Assembly: GCF_002113885.1 (NCBI RefSeq)
Contig: NW_018480068.1
Coordinates: 115,565 to 179,564 of the forward strand
Length of the DNA: 64,000 bases
From: Mizuhopecten yessoensis
Taxonomy: Eukaryota
Reading direction: 5' to 3'
The first letter of the stretch is position 1. Each line of letters starts with the position of its first letter. A program made the position numbers and the translations under genes. Positions 23,098-34,800 of the stretch are shown here, piece by piece. The notes below the pieces were generated by a model, which saw only the letters and a program-made list of their open reading frames with translations, searched no databases and was not told the DNA's origin.

Positions 23098-25552
23098 TTC
23101 TGTACTGCGACTGAAAAACTTACCTCTGTGTGGGGTCAGTGCTGCTCAATGTGATAGCTGGGTTTGAAAAATGTTGGAAGTAATGTCTAGGTGCATATAT
23201 TTTAACCTCTTTAATGCAACCAACTTTTTCTCTGAAAATTCCCAATACACCCATTGTATGTAACTAAATTGTGATAGGGAAATAAGTTCTTTGGAGGTTT
23301 ACCGAGAAATGGTTTCTTGTAAAAATGTAATATCAGCATGATCAAGTCTAGATTGTTTGTCTTGGGCTAAAACTTCTACAGTAGAGTTGTTGGTCATCTC
23401 GTCACAGACACAGCTCAATGACCTTGTGGTCACAGTTCTTGCCAATACTCAGGTGTGTCACCAGACATTTTCTTAATCTTTTATACAATATACAACATTC
23501 ATTAAAGTAACCACCTCTAATTGTGTTCAAAGAAATATCTTGATTACTAATTAATCATATACAACACATTATAATGCTTATCACATAATGGTGTATAAGA
23601 AAATACTAACATCTCCATATAAACAGATGACATAAATATTGAAATTAATTATATTTGATTGTAGAGTGTTCCATGTCAAGTGACAGCTTTCATTCCATAA
23701 AGCTGGTATTGAATACATGTCCAAATGTTTATTTACGTGTATACGGTATGTCTGTTCCATTGACTACACATTACCACTAAAGGATAAACAATGTGTGTAT
23801 TTACTTACAGTAGTGTGCTATATTCTAATAAATCAACAAACTACATATCTACCAGTATGGAGCCTGTATGAAATCCATGTCAGTGATTTTTCAGCCTAAA
23901 TTTTACAGCAGGCTGTTCCTACATGAATTGTGAAATATTTGGCATTATTTTTACTATAATTGGGAAATATTCCTGGGTTTTTTTCCTCACTTTGGGAATA
24001 TTAAGCACTTTTTAGCCAGGGGAAGCAGACTGTATTTGACTGTGAAACTAGGCAAACAAATCACTGCATGTTTGCATGTTTTTTAATTTTCTTTTCTTGT
24101 TTACATATTTTGGTGTGCTTCAAAATGTTATTGCTGTTTTTATCCTTAAACTTAACTGAAAGTGTTTTTATTTTTTAATCTTGATTTTACAGATTGCTGT
24201 ATCTACATAAATTTGGAAAGGTATTCCTGTTTTATTTTGTCAAGAACAGTGCTTCACCCTGTATTCGACTGTAAAACAAAATCATGATGTGATAATGTAA
24301 ATTACCTGTTTTATAATTTGATTGATTTTTCACAGCTTTTATAATTATAAGATGTGTGTGTGTGGGGGGGGGGNTGATCTGGGGGGGAAATCCTCATATT
24401 GTCAGGAAATGAATGTCGGATGACTGGATTATGGAGTTGGTATGTAATCGGGTTAAAAAAAACAAGGATCAATTGTTTTATTTTATTTGTTTTATTGTTA
24501 AATATAAAGAATATGTTTTTCCCCTCAATATGGAGATGATCTATTTTGAAATATATACAGCAACTCTTATTGACCAGCTGGACGTTAGTTTGACTAACAA
24601 TTATGAAGAAAGAATCCTTTATTTTCAACGATTTATGTGTTCAGGTATATTGATCAAGAAATGACCAAAATTTACTAACATGGTTTTGTTGTTAATGTTG
24701 TATTTTGTTTTGTGTTTAAAAAACATCTTTTTTAAGTAAGAAAAGGTTTTTATCATATTGACTATGTCGTGGATTTTGCATATTTTTATAGTTTTATGTT
24801 TGTCTCAATAGATATTTTAATAGTTTTATGTTTGTCTCAATAGATATTTTAAGGAAAACAAATCAGTGCTCATTAGGACTTGTATGCATAAATATTTGAA
24901 ATACAGATATGTTTAATTCAATTATTAATATGATATTTTAAGTTACTTTTTTGTAATCTGGTGAAATTACATTATTCTTGTATATCTTAAAACAGAAATG
25001 AATATTGTATTTAAATCAAATTTGCCATGATACCAAGTTTCATTGTCTATATTTTGAAGTTGAAATTTTAGGATTATCTGTGCTATTGTCTGTAGGCATT
25101 TTAACAGGAATTGACATTTAATGTCAGATTATTTATTGACATTTCATGATTATTTATTGTTATAACATTTAATTGATTTTCTTTTAAATTTTGGAGAATT
25201 TTATTGTGGTATTATGTATAAAATGAGTATACATGTATATGGAAAGTAAATAAAGACACTTTGATATTGATTTGACATGTTTATACATATTATATATACA
25301 TTTGTTTTAAGATTCTAACACAAGATGACCTTGGTACAAGGTGTTGAACGTTTTCCTTCCCCACTAGTACTCTTTACCCTTGACATAAACACTGCTACAG
25401 CAGTAAGTGCTGTTTGATACATGAAGTACATGTGAGGGAGAGATTAGATGTCTTTTAATTGATAAACATAATTGGCAAATCACCTTTACGATAAATTTGA
25501 CCTGGAAAGAAATGACATATCATCTCCTTATGCATAATTATAAATATGTCAC

Positions 25553-25649
25553 CTAACCCTTTCACCCCTATGTAACTTCAGTAAACTCTTCCATGCTTTG
25601 ATCTGGATGAGTCCATTATGGTCTTCAGTACTAGTGGCGAAAGGGTTAA
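25553..25649. mobile_element. About 97-bp MITE, same family as 20437
   Basis: ctaaccctttcacccctat...gtccattatggtct...ggcgaaagggttaa; internal sequence aligns with the 20437 copy. Confidence 0.7.
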
Positions 25650-25815
25650 ACAGGGAATGGTGACATGTACTTTTTGGTCCATTTCCTCTCATCATCATGT
25701 TTAGCTCACCTGGCCCAACCTTGTTTTCTTGTACTCCTTCGATAAACTTGTATGGCACTAGCAGGTTTAAAATTGAAAATAAAATAGGTGAGCTATTAAG
25801 GCCCATGTGCTTCTT

Positions 25816-27675
25816 ATTAGCTCACCTGGCCAGGAAGACAAAGTTGAGCTGATGCCATACCTTGTCATCTGTGTGTCTGTCAGCAATTCCTTTAACTGAC
25901 TCCCTTGTTTGAACCACTGAATGGAATATTGCCAAATCTGTCTGGAGGAATCATCCTAATATGCAAGGGATTCAAAATTGTACGAATGGAGGAGGATAGA
26001 TTGGTGGGTCCAGAAAGAAGTAATTTGACCATGTTGCCTTAAAGAACTTCTCTTCTGTAACTATTGATTGAAGTTGGTAGGGAATAAACATTGTACAAAT
26101 TGAGCAACTGAACTCAAGAGGGGAGGACTAAAGGTTCAGTTTTTCCATATTGCTTTTATGTGACTTCACTAGAATTATGTGAGGTTATAACTTAAAAAGG
26201 AGATCCCACACTGGAACATATATATAATTGTTAAAGATAAAAATGAATACATTATATGCTACCAGGATTGATCTAGGGTCTAGCCCCACCCTGTTACACT
26301 CTATAAACATGTATCAACTGCTTGGTATGAAGAGATGACCAAATTCATGATATTAGATTCGACTCTTGACTAATATCCTGGGTCACAACTTAGAAACAGA
26401 TGAGATCTTCTCCGTATAACAATATATACATTTACTAAGTATAAAGAAACAAATACTCTCCCTATAACAATATATACATTTACTAAGTATAAAGAAACAA
26501 GTACTCTCCGTATAACAATATATACATTTACTAAGTATATGGAAACAAATACTCTCCCTATAACAATATATACATTTACTAAGTATATAGAAACAAGTAC
26601 TCTCCCTATAACAATATGTACATTTACTAAGTATAAAGAAACAAATACTCTCCCTATAACAATATACACATTTACTAAGTATAAAGAAACAAATACTCTC
26701 CCTATAACAATATACACATTTACTAAGTATAAAGAAACAAGTACTCTCCGTATAACAATATATACATTTACTAAGTATAAAGAAACAAGTACTCTCCGTA
26801 TAACAATATATACATTTACTAAGTATAAAGAAACAAGTACTCTCCGTATAACAATATATACATTTACTAAGTATAAAGAAACAAGTACTCTCCGTATAAC
26901 AATATATACATTTACTAAGTATAAAGAAACAAATACTCTCCCTATAACAATATACACATTTACTAAGTATAAAGAAACAAATACTCTTCCTGTAACCATC
27001 TACACATTTACTAAGTATAAAGAAACAAGTACTCTCCCTATACCAATATACACATTTACTAAGTATAAAGAAACAAGTACTCTCCGTATAACAATATATA
27101 CATTTACTAAGTATATAGAAACAAGTACTCTCCCTATAACAATATGTACATTTACTAAGTATAAAGAAACAAATACTCTTCCTGTAACAATCTACACATT
27201 TACTAAGTATAAAGAAACAAGTACTCTCCCTATAACAATATATACATTTACTAAGTATAAAGAAAAAAATGCTCATATGCTACCACATTTGCTCTGACGT
27301 GTTGGCCCACCCAGGGAGACTTGGATCCTGAGACATACTTTTGACAGAGATTTTCACCCCTAACCAGATATACAATTATTGCTGGTCATAAAGAGAAGAA
27401 TATAATCATGCTACAAGAATTGGCCTCTGGTTATGCATGAACCCTTAAACCTTAGGAACTTAGTCCTTTGGTCATAACAGTGAAACAGTTGCGATCACCA
27501 CCCTATAACAAATATAAAATTGCTGAGAATGAATATTTGGATACACATACTTTACCAAGATTGTTCTAAAGGCATAGCCTACTCCTGGGTCTTATTTGCA
27601 ATATCACTGTGGAAATATTTTCCTGCTATTGCTTAATATTAAGGAGAGCGATACAGACCCTCCAGGCCTCTTGTT
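25816..27675 (+). mobile_element. Degenerate HINE-like element enclosing the 48-bp array
   Basis: Starts ttagctcacctggcc...gagctgatgccat...tcatctgtgtgtctgtc; ends aggagagcgatacagaccctccaggcctcttgtt. Confidence 0.5.
26409..27267. repeat. 48-bp minisatellite, about 18 copies
   Basis: Unit tctccgtataacaatatatacatttactaagtataaagaaacaagtac; it produces spurious 16-aa-periodic ORFs in three frames. Confidence 0.96.
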
Positions 27676-28370
27676 TATTGATATCATTCCAATGCACCAC
27701 AAGGTAACCATATCTAGCTTTCTGACCTGAAAGCCACGGTTACGTCCCCTTAATACGCAGTAATCGCCAGAAAGTTACTGCTCACCTGATTTTTATGATT
27801 TTAAATATATTTGGCCTTGGAGGCGGATCGAAGTTGTTGTGTCACAGTATACCAAGTTGTATAGCCCTACATTACATATATAAACAGGGAACTATTAGGA
27901 GTCGTCTACATCCCCTAAACTTGTAGAAGTTAAATTATGTTTATTACATACATCACAGGTACTAGCCAATATTATACTTGGGTATCGCGTGACGTCACGA
28001 TTTACTGGGCCGCACACTGGACGGCAACTCGCGAGACTCGGCGACTCTGCGAGTTGAGAGTTCACAGTGAATCGAATGAGGCAATGACGACCATTAGCAG
28101 GTGTAAACAATCGACAAAAACAAGTAATTACCGCTCAAGTTTGGATAAAGAATCATCAGAAAGGTACACAGAGAGGCTTAAATTAATATTGACAGACGAG
28201 GCTAGTACCTGTGGTCATAGCGCTGCAAAAACGTAAAGCGTTGCTAAAATATTTGGGAATCATTGATCGATTGATAACCGTTGTTGTATTCAAACGAAAA
28301 GGGAACAATGTTCGAGTTTATACAACATCTAATGCTTGGAGCAGTATTTCATAAAATGCGACGAAATATT

Positions 28371-28900
28371 CATTTTACAACAGGTTGTGTGATTTCCCCA
28401 TCATTTTACAACAGGTGGTGTGATTTCCCCATCATTTTACGACAGGTTGTGTGATTTCCCCATCATTTTACCACAGGTTGTGTGATTTCCCCGTCATTTT
28501 ACGACAGGTTGTGTGATTTCCCCATCATTTTACTACAGGTTGTGTTATTTTCCCCATCATTTTACAACAGGTTGTGTGATTTCCCCATCATTTTACGACA
28601 GGTTGTGTAATTTTCCCATCATTTTACGACAGGTTGTGTGATTTCCCCATCATTTTCCAACAGGTTGTGTGATTTCCCCATCATTTTACAACAGGTTGTG
28701 TGATTTCCCCATCATTTTACGACAGGTTGTGTGATTTCCCCATCATTTAACAACAGGTTGTGTGATTTCCCCAACATTTTACCACAGGTTGTGTGATTTC
28801 CCCATCATTTTACAATATGTTGTGTGATTTCCCCCATCATTTTACAACAGATTGTGTGATTTCCCCATCATTTTACAACAGGTTGTGTGATTTCCCCATC
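28371..28900. repeat. 31-bp minisatellite, about 17 copies
   Basis: Unit catcattttacaacaggttgtgtgatttccc. Confidence 0.95.
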
Positions 28901-28908
28901 TTCCAAGG

Positions 28909-29023
28909 CATTATAGCCTTACCAGACAGTGTGTCATTATTATAGCCTTACCAGAAAGTGTGTCATTATTATAGCCTTACCAGACAGTGTGTCATTATTA
29001 TAGCCTTACCAGACAGTGTGTCA
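28909..29023. repeat. 29-bp tandem repeat, about 4 copies
   Basis: Unit cattattatagccttaccagacagtgtgt. Confidence 0.9.
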
Positions 29024-31800
29024 ATGATGGCAATTTCTTCATCAATTGTGTTTGGTTTGCTTTCTGAGTCCAACTCTATTGTTTAAGTATATTGTCTATT
29101 TTTCGTGCTAAAAACTATTCTTGTCCCCTCTGAGGTATGCATCCCTAGTTTTCGTGCTATTGTACTTTATCCAAAAAGCTTTTCTTACTCCTTTAAAATT
29201 ACAATCTGATGAGGTTTTATGAACATTCCGTAGCTGTCCTTTGAGACTAAAAGCAAACTTGTTAGCAATGCTGTATTCTATGTCTTGAAATGTTCTCATT
29301 TTACCCCCATTGTTCTAGGAATGCATATTTTTATCCAGTAGTTTTCTCACATTCGGCTTCGTTTTTAAAATCCTCGAATCTTTCTTGACGAATATCATTT
29401 GGAGTGATTTTGGCATTTGTCATTCCTTGCTTTTTGAATAAGTTCAGTGCAGTTGTTTTCGTTCCTTTCGGGATTCCACACCTGTGGATGTCTCCCGCCA
29501 GTTTCCCTTTGCTTCTACTGAAGAGAAGGCGATGATTGTGGATTCGCGGATGGTTGGAGAAAATGTCTTCTTGTTCCTTCTAAGGATATATACTGTTAAA
29601 ACTTGGAACTGCAAACTTCAATGTTGGTACAATTGTATGTTTTGCTTTCTGAAATACACCCTACCTGAAACTCAGGTATAACTAGTCGAAAACCGAAATC
29701 CTACCTGCCAGAACAGCATGATTTCCCGTTGGTACCAAATGATAAATATATTGCCGCACAAGAACCTCTCCACAATATCAAGAAACTGCAAATAAAATAT
29801 GCTCTTCAACAGAAATACGTCACAAGCCAATTAATATATTCATTTAAATCTGTCTGTGTTCATAGAGATGTGAACTGCCTATTGAACCTTGCGATTCAGC
29901 GACCGGGGATGATGTCGCTTAAACAAATATATCTATTTGCTTTTTCGTTACATATATTGATATTCGACACATAATTGTATTACGTGAGGCAATTATCTGT
30001 ATATTGGCATAAGCGGTTTCTCCAAAAATAGATGTAGAGCATTTCCTGTCACTGCAATTCGTAAATTGACGTCGGTGCTAAGCTTATACCAACAAGGGAC
30101 AAGATCTGTATCTATATATAGAGACACCCTTCTAAAGAATACAATTACATAGTCTACAGTCATAGTAACGGTCACTTTGCTGGTAATGTACATTCTCTGT
30201 ATTTGTCTAGAAAATCAACATTTTTTCACAACTTTATTATCCTTTACAATATTTTCCTTAAAGCGTTCCTGAAACAAGAGAAATTTCTAATACGTTACAA
30301 GTGCAAAGTTTAAGTTTAAATGTTTAAATTCAATATCAAACAAAACTAACACACAATAGTTGTAAGAGATTGCTGAGTGTTGACATATTGGACTGCATTC
30401 GGTGCACTTTTAGGAGTATTTTAAAAATCAATATCATGTTATCTTATTTATTACTGCACATTATTCAACTGTTTCGATAATGTTATATCACATTTGAACA
30501 TTTAAAAATTGCGATATACAAGAGACACCCATATACGTACCAACATTTCTATTTTTGAACCACACTCATTCAATTCACAATGTTACTGCTATATAATTAC
30601 TTATCATTGAACATCTGTTCTCTATGGAACTGTGTAGCTATCTGTACTTGACTCGCAAAAAATACTCAGAAATCATGTTATTAATATGTTTAACCAACTA
30701 TATGTACTATTGTAACTTTTATAATTGAGCTGACAGCAGAGGAAATTGTACAATTTCCTACAGTCAGAATAAATCTGTGTATCAGTGTATCTGTGTTATC
30801 AACTAACGAAAAGTGGCCATTCAAGGGCCGGACATGAGTGAATACATACTGGGCGCGACACCGACTCTAAAACACTTGATAAGAGAATGCATGTGTTGTG
30901 TCTCACCGCCACATGTGTGTTATCGTTGATAAGTTTATGTAACATGCACCGGATTACGTGTGGTGAATGATCATATTTCACTTTACTCATATGGTAACAC
31001 CATAGTAAACATTTTCTTTCGCCATCTATTTAAGTTTTATTTTCTCTATTCCTCGTGAATTAAATAATTACTTATGTTTATTGACGCCCTGGGACACATT
31101 TGTTTAATATTTAGGTACTATATACATATTCTTTTATTTAAGTTCTTACCTGCTATAATGTTTTGAGACCAAATGACCAAAATAAGTAAAAATGTTAAGT
31201 GTTTCATCCGATCGCCAACGACCTTATTTAAATTCTGACTAAATCAATATAAGATTTGAAGTGGTGGTGGTGGTGATTCATAAATAAATTTAGGATCGCT
31301 ACCTGCATTTAAATGATATCGGGTTGAATAAAATAGGCAACGAGGTTGGTCGACGTAACGCCCTCAATTTGTCAAGTTGACATATGATATGTGCATGCAT
31401 AGCTTCTACCAAGTTTGCCCTGGACACTTAAAAACCCGAGAGCTATAGCAGTTTACGAATTGATAATGGACGGTGATTCTTGGTAATGTGCTGAATACTT
31501 TTGATGCAGATACTTTTCAAAAGTTACCAGACAGAATGCGATGGGATGATATCTTAAAGGGAAACATTCTGGCCACTGTTAACGGAGGATGCTCTGCTTA
31601 TACAAGGACTTTTAAATGTTCACTGGTGTGACGACTTTAGGAACAGTGCTCATCACTTTTGAGACGGATGTTTTACACGTGCATGAGATTAAACCCTATT
31701 CGATGAGGCCATATTTTTATGGATTATACAATTGCCCAATATAACAGAGTGGTACCATGTACACGTAGATATTTACCGATTCTTCATTGTAAAACACAGC

Positions 31801-34800
31801 ATGCACAGCATGAACATTATGCTTGTGCTGAGTTTCAGTACTATCAGTTTATCATGGTGTGCGAATGTTTTTTTTAATTTAAACAAGAATAAATATGAAG
31901 AAGGTCGAAATCTGTACGAGATCATGAACAGCCATACCAAGCGTCCCATATACGGTCAGTGTTGGAAGGACACCCTAGTGAAAATCAAGACTGGCTGTCG
32001 GGACTTAACCGATGTTGTTCAAAGTCGTATGGCGTTATCATATCTTAACTGTTTTCTCAAGGTTAATGGGAGGACCGTTTACACGTGTGGTGTAGAAGAT
32101 CCTGTTCATGAGTGTACACAAGCCATGTCTGATACAGACATGAGTACATTTGCGACATTTTTTACTCAAACACATAACATTTGTTATTTTCTTGAAGCTC
32201 AAAATTGGCAGAATGAAGCAGAGCAGACGATATCAAAATTAGCAAAAAGTTCGGCAAACGTGGTTGAAATTTTGGAAGACAGCGCAATTCACCAACAAGC
32301 AATAATACACCGACAAAACCTCACTTTAGAAAATCAAGACATAATTTTATTGAAAGCGACCAATCTTAGTAATGTAATTTTAACAGCGTCTACAAATGTC
32401 TTCGATTTTTTTTCTGTATTGGAAAAGAGGACATTTGACCAGAAACTCTTGATAAATGACATTTTCGATAAGGTTGCAAAGTTGCAGACGACCGTCCTGG
32501 GAGGCTTTTCTCGATTTTACTCCTTGGTATATTACACCTTGTCTGTTATAGTGTCCTGTTTATTGACTTCTGCCAGCCGAACAGCGGGCGCAAGGTTCTG
32601 GCTGTTAGCTATAATGACAGTCAATATCATAGTCGAGAGGTTGTTTATATATTACTTCAGTGGATCTTTCTCTGTAAAGGAGGTCAATAAAATGACCGAG
32701 GCTGAAATTGAGGTGAGTATATCTTACCTTACCTTATGTACATTGTCAAATATTGCAACGATTGAAGCCCAAATCAATAAAGATTAATGATATTTTGCAT
32801 AGTTTCTGTTATCAACAAGCATACCTTATGGCATGGTGCGGCGTCCGTCGTCCGTCCGGCGTCAACTTTTTACTTTAAACAACTTCTTCTGAATATCAAA
32901 GTTAAACCAAAATACCAAGTTTGATCAAATGAATGACCTTGACCCACTTTCAAAGTCACGGGGGTCAAATGTCATAAAATCTTCAAACGACTTCTTCTCA
33001 ATACCCAAAAGGCCCAGGGTACTGATATTGGGCCTGTAGCATGCTGGGATGAAGTGTTACTAAGTTTGTTTAAATTAATGACCTTGACCCACTTTTAAGG
33101 ACATAGGGGTCAAATGTCTTAACATCTTCAAACAACTTCTTCTCAATAACCAAAAGGCACAGGGTACTGATATTGGGCCTGTAGCATGCTAGGATGAAGG
33201 GTTACCAAGTTTGATCAAATAAATGACCTGACCCACTTTCATGGTCACAGGGTTCAAATGTCTTAAAATCTTCAAACCACTTCTTCTCAATAACCAAAAG
33301 GCACAGGGTACTTATATTGGACCTGTAGCATGCTGGGATGAAGGGCTACGAAGTTTGTCCAATTGGATGACTTTGACCAACTTTCAAGGTCACAGAGGTC
33401 AAATGTCTTAAAATCTTCAAATGACATCTACTCAATAACCAAAAGACCAAGGGTACTGATATTGGGCCTGTAGCATGCTGGGATGAAGGACTACCAAGTT
33501 TGTCCAAGTTAATGACCTTGACCCACTTTCAAGGTCACATGGGTCAAATGTCTTAAAATCTTCAAACAACTTCTTTCAAATAACCAAAAGGCCCAGGGTA
33601 ATGATATTGGGCATGTAGCATGCTCGGATGAACGGATGACAAGTTTGTTCCTAAGAATGACCTTGACCCACTTTCAACTTAATGTCCTTGCTCACAACAT
33701 GGTCACAGGCGTCATACGTTTAAATCTTTTAATAGGTTCTTATGAATCAAACACTGATATTCTGCCTTTAGCTGTATTTTAGTCCACTTTTAAGATAACA
33801 AGTGTGAGATAAATACCAGGTGAGCGATGCAGGCCAGTTGGGCCTCTTGTTAATTTTTGTTGTTGTAAAAACTTAATGCTTTTCATACTATTAAAAATGA
33901 CACTTATCGCATTGCATTTTATTTTTGTTTACTGTCAAAAGGTTGTCCATTGCACGTGACTATTTTTCCATTCCGATATTTCACACCGGGTATCCCGATA
34001 CAACAAACACGGAGCAGACTCAAATCGGGAAAGTGAGCGGAAGTGTTTGGGAAATTAAGCTGAACAACGGTCTCTATTTCAATTTATTTTCTACTACTTT
34101 CAAGAATGGTCATTAGTGTACATACCTGTGAAATAAAGAATTGAAACGACGACATTGAAGGTATTCGATGCATCATGTTTTTATACTTTAACTTTAATGA
34201 GGTTTTCCTTTGAAACTACAAGACGAGTATTATGTGCGCTTTGGAACTATTTTACGTAGTAATGATTGGAGACACCTGTGAGTAATACCGTGTTGCCTTT
34301 TTGGATTGGTTGTAATTTTGATGCACAATAACCCACATATTCAGGTAAAGGTTGGGCATATCGTACGCGGATAAAACGGACACAATAAACAATTGTTATT
34401 ATTTGAATGCATGATTTTCGCGCAGGTGGTCTAAACAGAACTTAAAAAAACATTTTGCGCCCAAAAAACATTGTATTTCTATATTGTTAGTAACTTTCTT
34501 CAAACAAATTATCGGCTGAAACTCTGACTGTGCGTTCTTTGTGCCCAAAAATGACAACTCCTATCATAAAAACGCAGATTGTTTTTGCGAATTGTAGTTT
34601 CTGAAATCTGTGTTACTATTTTCAGTAGATGTCACCAAATCTTACTTACTGTGTAAAATAGTTAAGAGAGTACACACAACTATTTATAGGTAATACAATG
34701 GTAAAAAAAGAAAGAAAAATAAAGTGTCAAAATTAAATGAAGCACCAAATACCTTCAACAATGTCGTTTCAGCTGTAATTTTCACAGATATATCTACACC

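Noticed and set aside
26370-27297. Long ORFs of 209, 297 and 252 aa
   Set aside because: They are translations of a 48-bp minisatellite that is open in three frames, with no splice or homology support.
31732-31800. N-terminal extension of paralogue B given by the ORF track
   Set aside because: It starts at TTG. The ATG at 31801 (MHS...) aligns with the paralogue A start (MHQ...) and precedes the signal peptide.
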